This document shows, piece after piece, positions 1-9,745 of a stretch of DNA of 45,409 bases. Every line of letters begins with the position of its first letter. Positions within the stretch are counted from its first letter, which is position 1. The stretch lies in contig JBDRZD010000004.1 in NCBI GenBank assembly GCA_039803745.1, positions 1 through 45,409 on the forward strand. The letters are read 5' to 3'. Position numbers and translations under genes: made by a program. The stretch is from a candidate division WOR-3 bacterium. Its GTDB lineage: Bacteria > Hydrothermota > Hydrothermia > Hydrothermales > Hydrothermaceae. The notes below the pieces were generated by a model, which did not search any database, was not told the origin of the DNA, and was given only the letters and a program-made list of their open reading frames with translations.

Positions 1-1
1 T

Positions 2-508
2 ATTAATCTTCAGACTGCCACAAACAGGGTATGGGAATATGATATAGCGACGAATACATGGACAGAACTCCCTCAATATGTTGTTCCTATTGTAAGGAAT
101 CATTTTGCCTGCACAAGGCCACAGATAGGAGGTGTTGGTGCAAGGATATATGTTGTTGCAGGAGATGCTAATGGTGATTGGAATCCGCCCAACAATTATT
201 ATTATTATCTTGAGAGGGCTGTAGGGGTTTCTGAGAAAGCATATAAGGAAAGACCGTATATTTTCTTTATAAATCCGAATATTGGAAAGGGACCATTTTC
301 TATTTACTTTAGTTTAAAGAATAGATCAAATGTTGATATTTCAATTTACAATACACTTGGTCAGAAGATAAGTGATATTTATAAAGGTGTAAAGGAAGCA
401 GGTAATCATGTTATAAGATATGATGGTAATTTAAATTCAGGGATTTACTTTATCATTTTAAAGACTTCTGAAAATTCTGGCTCTTACAGGATTATAAAGG
501 TTAAATAA
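2..508 (+). CDS. Partial (5'-truncated) Kelch-like repeat protein with C-terminal T9SS type A-like sorting domain
   Basis: Not in the ORF track. Frame 2 is open from the window edge to TAA at 506-508: ...NRVWEYDIATNTWTELP...ARIYVVAGD (Kelch-like), then INPN...VDISIYNTLGQKI...LNSGIYFIILK...RIIKVK (CTD-like). Confidence 0.8.
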   Translation: MNLQTATNRVWEYDIATNTWTELPQYVVPIVRNHFACTRPQIGGVGARIYVVAGDANGDWNPPNNYYYYLERAVGVSEKAYKERPYIFFINPNIGKGPFSIYFSLKNRSNVDISIYNTLGQKISDIYKGVKEAGNHVIRYDGNLNSGIYFIILKTSENSGSYRIIKVK

Positions 509-515
509 TCAAAAC

Positions 516-558
516 AGGGGGTGGATAAAGGTTTATTCCTTTCCACCCCTTTTTATTT
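516..558. terminator. Intrinsic terminator hairpin, possibly bidirectional, between convergent genes
   Basis: AGGGGGTGGATAAAGG-tttatt-CCTTTCCACCCCT forms an imperfect stem, followed by a T-run on + and preceded by AAAA. Confidence 0.75.
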
Positions 559-3378
559 TTATATAGTAATTTCTATTCTTTCTCTTTCTAAAATTTTTTT
601 AAGAAATTTTCCTGTGTAAGATTTTTCATTTTTTATAATTTCTTCAGGAGGACCTTCTGCTACTAAGTATCCTCCTTCTTCTCCTCCTTCTGGTCCTAAA
701 TCAATTATATAATCAGCACATTTTATTACATCAAGGTTGTGTTCAATAACAATCACAGTATTTCCCATATTAACAAGTCTTTGTAAAATATTCAATAAAT
801 TCTTAACATCTTCAAAATGTAACCCTGTTGTTGGCTCATCAAGAATATACAAAGTTTTACCTGTTGCTATTTTTGAAAGTTCTTTTGAAAGTTTAATTCT
901 TTGAGCCTCTCCTCCTGAAAGTGTTGTTGCTGGCTGACCCAATTTTATATATCCAAGTCCAACATCCTTTAAAAGTGATAATTTTCTTTCTATTGCAGGG
1001 ATATTTTCAAAAATTTTATACGCTTCCTCAACTGTTTTATCAAGAATATCTGCAATACTATATCCTTTGAATTTGACTTCAAGAGTTTCTTCATTGTATC
1101 TTTTCCCTTTACATACATCACAGGGAATATAAACATCTGGTAAGAATTGCATTGATAATTTTATAAATCCTTCACCCCAGCAATTTTCACATCTTCCACC
1201 TTTTACATTAAAACTGAACCTTCCAGGTGTATATCCCCTTTTTCTTGATTCAGGAAGTGATGCAAAAAGTTCCCTTATAGGTGTAAAAACTCCTGTATAT
1301 GTTGCAGGGTTTGACCTTGGTGTTCTTCCTATTGGTGATTGATCAATATTTATAACTTTATTTATATATTCAATACCTTCTATCCTTTCATAAGGTAATG
1401 GAATTTCAGGTGAATTATATAGCATTCTTCTCAAAGCCTTATAGAGTGTTTCAATAACAAGTGTGCTTTTACCTGAACCCGATACACCTGTTACACATAT
1501 AAATAATCCTATTGGAAATTTTACATCTATATTTTTTAAATTAAAACCAGTTGCTCCATAAATTGTTAAATATTTACCGCAAGGTTTTCTTCTTTTTTTA
1601 GGTACAGGAACATCCTTTTGATAGGAAAGATACTGTCCTGTTAAGGATTTTTTAAATTTTTTTAATTCAGATGGGGTTCCAGTAAATACAACATAGCCGC
1701 CTGCTTCACCTGCCCCTGGTCCTAAATCTATTACAAAATCAGCACTTTCAATTGTTTGCCTGTCATGTTCAACAACAATTACAGTATTCCCTAAATCCCT
1801 TAATTTTTTTAAAGTATTTAAAAGTTTTTCATTATCCCTTGGATGAAGTCCTACTGTTGGTTCATCAAGAACATACATAACACCTGTTAAACCAGAGCCA
1901 ATCTGTGTTGCAAGCCTTACCCTCTGATCTTCCCCTCCAGAAAGTGTTTCAATTGTTCTATCCAAAGTTAAATAAGTTAAACCAACATCCTTTAAAAAGG
2001 AAAGCCTTGATTTTATTTCTTTTAAAATTTGTTTTGCAATTAATTTTTGCCTTTCATTTAATTTTAAATTTTCAAAAAAATTTAAAGCAGAAATTACATC
2101 CATTTTTGTTATCTCATATATATTTTTATTTTCTATTAATACCCATAAAGATTCTCTCTTTAACCTTGCACCTTTACAAACAGGACAAGGTTTTTTTACT
2201 AAATACCTTTCTATTTCTTCAATTACCCATTCAGAATCTGTTTCACTATATTTTCTTAAAAGAAATGGAATTATTCCTTCATAAAATTCATAGTCACTTT
2301 CAGGATTTTCAGGGTCAAAATCTTCTATGTTTTCTTTTCCAAATAAAACAACATTTTTAAATTTTTCAGGCAAATTTCTCCATTCTTCTTCTAAGGAAGT
2401 ATTATAAATTCTTGCAAGTCTTTCAAGTTTATATAAAAGCCAGCCTCTTGGTTCCCCTATAGGTCTTATAGAGCCTTCCATTATTGATAGCCTTGGATTA
2501 ACAAGTAAATTTGGATCAATCTCGTATTTAAAACCAAGTCCTGAGCATTTTTCACAGGCACCATAAGGTGAATTAAAAGAGAACATTCTTGGTTCAAGTT
2601 CAGGAATTGAGAAAGAGCATTTTGGGCACATAAGTTTTTCAGAGAATACCCTTTCTTCTTTTTCATTTGAAATTATTTTAATTATTCCTTCTCCTTCTCT
2701 TAAACCCTGTTCTATTGAATCAGCAAGTCTTGTCTTTACTCCTTCTTTAACACTTATTCTATCAATAACTATTTCAATTGAATGGATCTTATATCTTTCA
2801 AGTTTTGGAACTTCATCTATATCATATATCTTCCCATCAACCCTTATCCTTACCCATCCATCCCTTTTTATCTTTTCAAAAAGTTCTCTATACTCACCCT
2901 TTCTCCCTTTAATTTTAGGTGCTAAAATCGTTATTTCATTTCCCTTTTCTTTTTCTATTAAATATTTTATTATCTCATCCAATGTGCTTTTTTCAAGTGG
3001 AATTTTGCAGTCAGGGCAATAAGGTTTTCCTATTCTTGCAAAAAGTAACCTTAAATAATCATAAATTTCTGTTACTGTTGCAACAGTACTTCTTGGATTT
3101 CTTGCTATTTTTCTCTGTTCAATAGCAATTGCTGGTGAAAGCCCTTCAATCAAATCAACATCTGGTTTTTCCATTAAACCTAAAAATTGCCTTGCATATG
3201 CTGAGAGACTCTCAACATATCTTCTTTGCCCTTCTGCATAAAGGGTATCAAAGGCAAGAGAAGATTTTCCAGAACCTGATATACCTGTTATTACAACCAG
3301 TTTATTCTTTGGTATTTCTAAATTAATATTTTTTAAATTATGCTGCCTTGCCCCTTTTATTATTATTTTATCGGACAT
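559..3378 (-). CDS. uvrA: Excinuclease ABC subunit A
   Basis: GARQHNLKN, two Walker A motifs (GISGSGKS, GVSGSGKS), LSGGE signatures, CxxC zinc modules; 939 aa. Confidence 0.98.
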   Translation of the reverse strand: MSDKIIIKGARQHNLKNINLEIPKNKLVVITGISGSGKSSLAFDTLYAEGQRRYVESLSAYARQFLGLMEKPDVDLIEGLSPAIAIEQRKIARNPRSTVATVTEIYDYLRLLFARIGKPYCPDCKIPLEKSTLDEIIKYLIEKEKGNEITILAPKIKGRKGEYRELFEKIKRDGWVRIRVDGKIYDIDEVPKLERYKIHSIEIVIDRISVKEGVKTRLADSIEQGLREGEGIIKIISNEKEERVFSEKLMCPKCSFSIPELEPRMFSFNSPYGACEKCSGLGFKYEIDPNLLVNPRLSIMEGSIRPIGEPRGWLLYKLERLARIYNTSLEEEWRNLPEKFKNVVLFGKENIEDFDPENPESDYEFYEGIIPFLLRKYSETDSEWVIEEIERYLVKKPCPVCKGARLKRESLWVLIENKNIYEITKMDVISALNFFENLKLNERQKLIAKQILKEIKSRLSFLKDVGLTYLTLDRTIETLSGGEDQRVRLATQIGSGLTGVMYVLDEPTVGLHPRDNEKLLNTLKKLRDLGNTVIVVEHDRQTIESADFVIDLGPGAGEAGGYVVFTGTPSELKKFKKSLTGQYLSYQKDVPVPKKRRKPCGKYLTIYGATGFNLKNIDVKFPIGLFICVTGVSGSGKSTLVIETLYKALRRMLYNSPEIPLPYERIEGIEYINKVINIDQSPIGRTPRSNPATYTGVFTPIRELFASLPESRKRGYTPGRFSFNVKGGRCENCWGEGFIKLSMQFLPDVYIPCDVCKGKRYNEETLEVKFKGYSIADILDKTVEEAYKIFENIPAIERKLSLLKDVGLGYIKLGQPATTLSGGEAQRIKLSKELSKIATGKTLYILDEPTTGLHFEDVKNLLNILQRLVNMGNTVIVIEHNLDVIKCADYIIDLGPEGGEEGGYLVAEGPPEEIIKNEKSYTGKFLKKILERERIEITI

Positions 3379-3401
3379 TTAATTTTAATCTAAGAATATC
3401 T

Positions 3402-3659
3402 TTAACCCTCTACAGGATAAACTGAAACATAAACTCTTCCTTTCTTTCTTTCAAATCTTACAATTCCTGAAACTTTTGCAAAGAGTGTATCATCTCCTCC
3501 TCTTCCTACATTCCATCCCGGATAAAAATGTGTGCCTCTTTGTCTTACTAAGATACTGCCGCTTAAAACAAAAGAGCCATCCCCTCTTTTAACCCCAAGA
3601 TATTTTGAATGACTATCCCTTCCATTCTTACTTGAACCCATTCCCTTTTTATGTGCCAT
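3402..3659 (-). CDS. rpmA: 50S ribosomal protein L27
   Basis: [16 protein letters not shown]...ILVRQRGT...[10 protein letters not shown]; strong SD AAGGAGGAG upstream. Confidence 0.98.
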   Translation of the reverse strand: MAHKKGMGSSKNGRDSHSKYLGVKRGDGSFVLSGSILVRQRGTHFYPGWNVGRGGDDTLFAKVSGIVRFERKKGRVYVSVYPVEG

Positions 3660-3682
3660 ATCTCCTCCTTTTTAAGTTTTTA

Positions 3683-3711
3683 ATTATAACAAAAAACTTT
3701 TTTTATTTCAA
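3683..3711 (-). promoter_or_regulatory. Sigma70-type promoter for rpmA-uvrA
   Basis: On the minus strand, TTGAAA(3711-3706)-N17-TATAAT(3688-3683). Confidence 0.65.
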
Positions 3712-3760
3712 AAAAAAATTATTTTACTTTATAATTATAAAAATTAAAAGGAGGTGAAAA

Positions 3761-3946
3761 ATGAAAATATCAAGAATAATATTTTTAATAGGTATTTTAT
3801 TTTTTCTTGTTTCAATTTTATTCAAAATTTTTAAAATTTCATGGCCAGCGGGCATATATCATCCTTTAACTTATTTAAGAGGTTGCTGGACATTAATTTT
3901 AATAGCAATAGGTTATCATCTTTTATTTGAAAGGAGTGAAAAATGA
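3761..3946 (+). CDS. Small two-TM membrane protein, unknown function
   Basis: Perfect SD AAGGAGGTGA, two hydrophobic segments, ATGA overlap with the downstream trpB2. Confidence 0.75.
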   Translation: MKISRIIFLIGILFFLVSILFKIFKISWPAGIYHPLTYLRGCWTLILIAIGYHLLFERSEK

Positions 3947-5238
3947 GCAAAATAAAATATGTGAATCTAAAGCCAGAGGAAATCCCTACCCATTGGTATA
4001 ATATATTGCCGGATTTACCAGAAGAACTTCCCCAGCCAAAAGACCCACCAGAGGGTGAATCAAGAATAAAAAATTTGCCAAAGATGATGCTTGAAGAATG
4101 TTTAAAACAGGAATTTTCAAAGGAAAGATGGATAGAAATTCCAGAGGAATTAAGATTTTACTATATGCAGGCAGGCAGACCAAGACCCCTTTTCAGAGCC
4201 TATGCTCTTGAAAAATATCTTGATACACCTGCCCATCTTTATTATAAAGCAGAATTTTATAGCCCTACAGGTTCTCATAAAGTTAATACTGCACTTGCCC
4301 AATGCTATTATGCAAAAAAAGAAGGATATAAAAGGGTTGTAACAGAGACAGGTGCAGGTCAGTGGGGTTCTGCCCTTTCTTATGCAGCAAGACTATTTGG
4401 TTTAAAATGCACAGTATACTGGGTAAGGGCTGTTTATAAATGGAAAAAAGAAAGAAGGATATTTATGAGAATGCTTGGTTCAGAAGTTTTTGCTTCCCCT
4501 TCTCCAAATACAGAATATGGAACGAAACTTTATGAAAAAAATCCCGAGCACCCGGGTTCACTTGCAATCGCCATATCAGAAGGGCTTGAAGATGCTTATA
4601 AAAACTCTGACACAGTATATCTTTTGGGTTCTGTTTTAAACCATGTACTTCTTCATCAAACAATAATAGGTCTTGAGACAAAAAAACAATTTGAATACTT
4701 TGGTGAATATCCTGATATAATAATTTCATGCCTTGGTGGTGGTTCAAATTTTGGTGGTTTTGCTCTTCCTTTTTATTACGATGTTTTAAAAGAAGGTAAA
4801 AAGATAAAATTTATTGCTGCTCAAAGTGAAGTTGCTCCAAACCTATTAGGTGAATATAAATATGATTTTGCAGATCATGCCGAACTTACACCAATGCTAA
4901 AAATGTATACTTTAGGACATAAAAAGGAAATGGATCCAATTAAAGGTGATGGATTAAGATATCATGGTGCTGCACCAATTTTAAGTCTTTTAAGACATAA
5001 AGATCTTTTAGATGTTAAGGTTTATCCAAAGGATGAGAAATATGTTTTTGAAAGAGCGAGAGAATTTTTCAAGACTGAAGGATTTCTTCCTGCACCTGAA
5101 TCAGCATACAGTATAGCCTGTGCAATTGATGAGGCATTAAAATGTAAAGAATCAGGAGAAAAGAAAGTTATAGCCTTTAACATTTCAGGACACGGATTTT
5201 TAGATTTAGAAGGATACGGAGAAGTACTCGGAATTTAA
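3943..5238 (+). CDS. trpB2: TrpB-like PLP-dependent enzyme (tryptophan synthase beta chain 2 family)
   Basis: SPTGSHKVNTA PLP lysine, TETGAGQWGSAL, CLGGGSNFGG, PAPESA, FNISGHG; the N-terminal IPTHWYNILPDLP is typical of TrpB2. Confidence 0.92.
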   Translation: MSKIKYVNLKPEEIPTHWYNILPDLPEELPQPKDPPEGESRIKNLPKMMLEECLKQEFSKERWIEIPEELRFYYMQAGRPRPLFRAYALEKYLDTPAHLYYKAEFYSPTGSHKVNTALAQCYYAKKEGYKRVVTETGAGQWGSALSYAARLFGLKCTVYWVRAVYKWKKERRIFMRMLGSEVFASPSPNTEYGTKLYEKNPEHPGSLAIAISEGLEDAYKNSDTVYLLGSVLNHVLLHQTIIGLETKKQFEYFGEYPDIIISCLGGGSNFGGFALPFYYDVLKEGKKIKFIAAQSEVAPNLLGEYKYDFADHAELTPMLKMYTLGHKKEMDPIKGDGLRYHGAAPILSLLRHKDLLDVKVYPKDEKYVFERAREFFKTEGFLPAPESAYSIACAIDEALKCKESGEKKVIAFNISGHGFLDLEGYGEVLGI

Positions 5239-5825
5239 AATTTTTTAAAACTTATTGATATTCCCGCAGGGTCTGTCTCAAGGAAAAAAGTAATATATTT
5301 GTCTTTATCATTTATTTCTTTTAAGAAATCTTTTAACTCCCTTGCATGGGATAAAACATTATGGGCAATAACAATTCCGTCTTTTTTGATATTATTTTCA
5401 AATTTTAAAAGAGCAGGATAATATCCTTCTTTATGCAAATCCAAGAAAAATATATCTATTTCTCCAAACTCATCTCCTTTAAGATTTTCTGCATCAATTA
5501 AATAAAATTTTATAAAATCTTTTAATTTAATTTTTAATTTTTTTTCTGCTTCTTCTAAAACTTTATTTCCAATTTCAAAAATTTCTTCTCTTCTTTCAAC
5601 TCCATGAATCATGCAATTTTTTCCAGATATTAAAACCCCATAAAACATACAAAGCATTGAATATCCAACTCCTGCTCCAATTTCAACAATATTTAAATTT
5701 TCCTTTTTGGTAGATTCAATATAAGTTAGAAATGATAAAAATTTTCCTGTTGATTCATGGATAGACCTTACCCCATTTTCAACCCCTTTTTCTCTTACAT
5801 ATTTTAAAAATTCTTCAAATTTCAT
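5235..5825 (-). CDS. Class I SAM-dependent O-methyltransferase (Methyltransf_3-like)
   Basis: VEIGAGVGYS motif I, DIFFLD, GIVIAHNVL. Confidence 0.85.
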   Translation of the reverse strand: MKFEEFLKYVREKGVENGVRSIHESTGKFLSFLTYIESTKKENLNIVEIGAGVGYSMLCMFYGVLISGKNCMIHGVERREEIFEIGNKVLEEAEKKLKIKLKDFIKFYLIDAENLKGDEFGEIDIFFLDLHKEGYYPALLKFENNIKKDGIVIAHNVLSHARELKDFLKEINDKDKYITFFLETDPAGISISFKKF

Positions 5826-5868
5826 ATTTTAATTTTAATGAAAAAGCCCTTTTCTTTAAAATAATAAA
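5826..5868. promoter_or_regulatory. Back-to-back -10 boxes, each 6 nt from a start codon (putative leaderless divergent promoters)
   Basis: Plus strand TAAAAT(5857-5862)-N6-ATG(5869); minus strand TAAAAT(5837-5832)-N6-ATG(5825); no SD on either side. Confidence 0.55.
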
Positions 5869-6768
5869 ATGTCTTATAACAAGAAAAAATCATATTTTTA
5901 TGGAATACTTTCAGTTTTGATATGGTCAACTGTTGCCTCTGCATTTAAAATATCTTTAAAATATTTAGACTTTTTATATCTTCTTTTTGTTTCTTCTTTA
6001 ACCGCATTAATCATTTTGTTTTTCATTCTAATTTCACAGAAAAAAACAAAATTTTTTAAAAACCTTAAAACTAATGATTATATTCGTTCATTAATTCTTG
6101 GCTTTTTAAATCCTTTTCTTTATTATACTGTTTTATTTAAAGCCTATTCCCTTTTAAAGGCACAGGAAGCACAACCATTGAACTATACATGGGCAATAGT
6201 TCTTTCAATTCTTTCAGTAATTATTTTAAAACAAAAGATAAAAATAGGGCATTTTATTGGTCTTATAATTGGATTTATTGGCGTATTCATAATTGCAACA
6301 GAAGGAAAAATAAAAGAACTTAATTTTAAAAATCCTTTTGGTGTTTTCCTTGCTTTATCAAGTTCAATAATATGGGCAATTTACTGGATTTATAATTTAA
6401 AGGATAAAAAGGATGAAGTTTTAAAATTATTTTTGAATTTCCTTTTTGGCTTTCCCTTTATTTTAATAACCTATTTAATTTTTTCTACAAAAACTTATTC
6501 CCTCAAAGGAATTTTGGGAAGCATTTATGTAGGATTATTTGAAATGGGGATAACATTTATCTTCTGGTTAAAAGCAATAAAATATGCAGAAAGAACATCT
6601 GATATAAGTATCCTAATTTATTTTTCACCCTTTTTATCCCTTTTATTCATAAGAACATTTGTAGGAGAAAAAATACTCATTTCAACAATAATAGGTCTTT
6701 TGTTTATAATAGGAGGTGTTTTAATTCAAAAATATGATGAAATTAAGGAGATTTTTAAAAGAAATTAA
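5869..6768 (+). CDS. DMT/EamA family transporter
   Basis: About 10 hydrophobic helices in two repeats; WSTVASAFK, AQPLNYTW, YVGLFEMGITF. Confidence 0.9.
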   Translation: MSYNKKKSYFYGILSVLIWSTVASAFKISLKYLDFLYLLFVSSLTALIILFFILISQKKTKFFKNLKTNDYIRSLILGFLNPFLYYTVLFKAYSLLKAQEAQPLNYTWAIVLSILSVIILKQKIKIGHFIGLIIGFIGVFIIATEGKIKELNFKNPFGVFLALSSSIIWAIYWIYNLKDKKDEVLKLFLNFLFGFPFILITYLIFSTKTYSLKGILGSIYVGLFEMGITFIFWLKAIKYAERTSDISILIYFSPFLSLLFIRTFVGEKILISTIIGLLFIIGGVLIQKYDEIKEIFKRN

Positions 6769-7366
6769 AAGAGCATCAAAATTTATACATGAAAAAAAAT
6801 GGGCATGTGCAAGTGAAGGAAATTTATCAGTCCTTTTAAATGAAAAATATATTCTAATAACTTCAAAGGGAGCAAAAATAAGAGATTTAATTAAAAATCC
6901 TGTTAAAAATTTGTCCCTGATTAAAATTGAAGAAAATAAATTCACTCTTATTAAAGGAAAGGAACCTTCAAGTGAAACCCTTGCTCATTTTCTATCTTAT
7001 AAGGAAATTTTAAAAAATAATTTAAAAGAAAATTATTTACTTCATCTTCATCCAGAAAACATAATTGCAATTTCCCATCTTGTAAAAAATGAAAAAGAAT
7101 TGAATAAAATTTTAAAAGGTGTTCATTTTGAATTTGAATATTTTTTTCCAGAGGGAGTTGGTTTTATAAAAGAAAAAAAGCCGGGCTCAATTGAACTTGC
7201 AAGAGAAAATGCAAAAAAAATTTCAAAATATAAATGTGTGATATGGAAAAAACATGGTATAATTTCAAGGGGCAAAAGTTTTGAAGAATGCATTGAAAGG
7301 ATTGAAATTTTAGAAAAAATTGCAGGTATTTATTTAAAATTATTCTATTTTAAGAAGTTCTTTTAA
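6737..7366 (+). CDS. Class II aldolase/adducin family protein (RhaD/FucA-like)
   Basis: EGNLS, PSSE, HLHP and KKHG metal-ligand pattern; start may be 6734 or 6737. Confidence 0.82.
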   Translation: MKLRRFLKEIKRASKFIHEKKWACASEGNLSVLLNEKYILITSKGAKIRDLIKNPVKNLSLIKIEENKFTLIKGKEPSSETLAHFLSYKEILKNNLKENYLLHLHPENIIAISHLVKNEKELNKILKGVHFEFEYFFPEGVGFIKEKKPGSIELARENAKKISKYKCVIWKKHGIISRGKSFEECIERIEILEKIAGIYLKLFYFKKFF

Positions 7367-9745
7367 ATGCAGTGTTAAACCTTCTATCCAGAAAACTGGA
7401 CTATTATCCTTTAAATATAAAATTGAAGGGAATTTATTAATTTGTAGTTTTTTAATCTTTTCATCATCTATTTCATAAATTTTATCTTTTCTTATATTAT
7501 TTTCCCTTAAAAATTTTTCAATTTCTTCTACATCCTTTCCAAAGAAAAATATTTTACCTTCAAATTCGTTAATTCCCTCTTTTGCATTTAAAATTGTGCT
7601 CCTTGATTCTTCTGACTTTAAATCAACAAAGATTAAAAGGACTTTTCCTTTTTCAATTTCCTCTTTAAAAGTTTCTTCAAACCCTTTATACTTTCTTATA
7701 ACAAGTTCCCCTTTTTTTAAATCCTTATAAGGAATACTAACATCAAAGGAAATTTTTAACGTATCTTTTCCCCTTAAATCAATTTCCTTAATCCTTATAA
7801 AGGCATCACCTTTTGCATTTCTAAAACCTGAGAATAAGTAATAAATGTCTTTATCAAGTTCTATTATTTGAAAAGTATCTTTCTTTATTATATCAGGTTC
7901 TAGTCTCTCAGGATACTCTTTAAACGAAACAACGCTATAATTTTCAAAATATTCAAAATCCTTTGAAATGTTAATTCCTTCTCTTAAGAATTTGAGAGTT
8001 AAAAATGCTTTTTCCTTTTTTTCTTCCTTTTCAAAACTTATTTCCTTCCATCCATTATTCCAGTACAATACACCTTTATAATTCCATTTTATTCTTGAAG
8101 GAATACCAAGGCTTCTTAAAATTCCACATATTAAAATATATCTCTCAATATTTCTTCCCTTTCTAATCTTATAAGTATACAAAGGATTTAAAAGGGGTCT
8201 AAAAAATTCCTTTTCTTTTTCCTCCTTTATATTCTTTTTCACCCATTCTGAAATTTTATTTACTGTTTTATCTAAATCTTTATTTAAAAATTTTTTAAAT
8301 TTTTGAAATAGATAATATCTATAAAAAGAAAATTCTTCAAAAAGTATTCTCTCAGGGATTAAATATTTTTCAATAATTGTGTCAGGAGCATTTTTTGAAA
8401 TATTCAAAGAATTTTTTATGTATTTAATTTCTTCTCTTAAATTAATAGTATCCATCATAACAAGGTCTTTTGGTTCTGCATTTTCAAAAAATTTTAAAAA
8501 ATATTCTTTTTCTTCCTCATTTAAAGAGTTATAGAATTTTAAAATTTTTTCTTTATTTCCTCTTGAATTTTCAAGAATTTTAATCAATCCTTTATTTTTT
8601 ATACTTATTGTATCAAAATAAGTAATTTTTTCAAAATTCTTTTTCCTTATAATATTTAAAGAATCAAAATTTGGTTTATATAAAGGTTTTTCAGTATCTT
8701 GAATTTCTTCCTTTACATAAAACCAAAAGGATGTATCCTTTAATTCTTTTTTATTAAGATAAATATAAATTGTTTCTAAATCTTTCTTTGGTCTTAAAAT
8801 TTTAAAATCACATAAAGAATCTTTAAAAGAATAAATAAAATAATCATTTTTGCCAATTAAATATTCTTTTTTACCCTCTTTCAATGTATCAACAAAAATT
8901 GGAACAAAGGCAGAATAATTATAAACACAAAAAGAAATGATCGTGTTTTCAGGTGCTATAACAAAAACTTTATATGGGCAAGTATAATTTTCTATAACAT
9001 TTAAAACTGTAAAATTTTTTCCCTTTTTAAAAATTTTTTCCCTTTCATTCTTTACTTCTCCAAAAACAGGGGATAATATAATTCCTGCTCTTTTTGAAGA
9101 ATTTCTGAACCATGCAAAATTTAAATCAGTTGGTTCTGCAGAACCTATAAATTCCCATTTATCACCAGTCCAGACTTCACACCATGCATGATTGCTCTCT
9201 GTAAATGGCCACCACGGAGTATATACTTCTCTTACAGGAATACACACTGTTCTTAATGCCTTCATGAATAGAATTGTCATCTCCTCACATCTTCCAAATC
9301 CCCTTTTAATTGTTGATATTGCATTCTGATCCCATCTATCTGTTGGTCTATACTCTATTTTTGTATAGCACCATTCATTTATCTTTAAAACAGCATCCCT
9401 TATATTTTTTAAATCTTTTATAAGTTCAAAAAGAGTGTCTTTATAAATATATGTAAAGTTTTCAAGGGGCTCCTGTGTTATCCTTGGGGGTAAAATGTAA
9501 TGATATAAAAGATAATCATTTATTTTGTCTTTCCATTTTACTTTTTCAAGATTTTCTTTTATTGCTTTTAAATGCAATATAAAATTTTCATAATTAAAAT
9601 TTAAAATATCAGAATCTGTTGAATATTTAATTATAAATTCAGACCATTTTAAAACATCTTCCTTTTTTGCAAGATTTAAAATTTCCCTTTTCTTTTTTTC
9701 AAGATTAAAATTAAATATCAAAAATATTCCAATTATAATTTTCAT
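7340..9745 (-). CDS. Exported tandem transglutaminase-like domain protein with C-terminal thioredoxin-like segment
   Basis: GRCEEMTIL...LRTVCIPVR...NHAWCEVW Cys-His core; second repeat GRNIER...LRSLGIPSR; C-terminal KFPSILYLK. Confidence 0.75.
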   Translation of the reverse strand: MKIIIGIFLIFNFNLEKKKREILNLAKKEDVLKWSEFIIKYSTDSDILNFNYENFILHLKAIKENLEKVKWKDKINDYLLYHYILPPRITQEPLENFTYIYKDTLFELIKDLKNIRDAVLKINEWCYTKIEYRPTDRWDQNAISTIKRGFGRCEEMTILFMKALRTVCIPVREVYTPWWPFTESNHAWCEVWTGDKWEFIGSAEPTDLNFAWFRNSSKRAGIILSPVFGEVKNEREKIFKKGKNFTVLNVIENYTCPYKVFVIAPENTIISFCVYNYSAFVPIFVDTLKEGKKEYLIGKNDYFIYSFKDSLCDFKILRPKKDLETIYIYLNKKELKDTSFWFYVKEEIQDTEKPLYKPNFDSLNIIRKKNFEKITYFDTISIKNKGLIKILENSRGNKEKILKFYNSLNEEEKEYFLKFFENAEPKDLVMMDTINLREEIKYIKNSLNISKNAPDTIIEKYLIPERILFEEFSFYRYYLFQKFKKFLNKDLDKTVNKISEWVKKNIKEEKEKEFFRPLLNPLYTYKIRKGRNIERYILICGILRSLGIPSRIKWNYKGVLYWNNGWKEISFEKEEKKEKAFLTLKFLREGINISKDFEYFENYSVVSFKEYPERLEPDIIKKDTFQIIELDKDIYYLFSGFRNAKGDAFIRIKEIDLRGKDTLKISFDVSIPYKDLKKGELVIRKYKGFEETFKEEIEKGKVLLIFVDLKSEESRSTILNAKEGINEFEGKIFFFGKDVEEIEKFLRENNIRKDKIYEIDDEKIKKLQINKFPSILYLKDNSPVFWIEGLTLHLKELLKIE

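Noticed and set aside
1905..3326. Short ORFs overlapping uvrA (151, 61, 68 and 65 aa)
   Set aside because: Antisense or off-frame shadows with no motifs and composition explained by the real gene.
3761..3946. trp attenuator leader peptide
   Set aside because: Too long and hydrophobic, the two Trp codons are far apart, and there is no terminator/antiterminator before trpB2.
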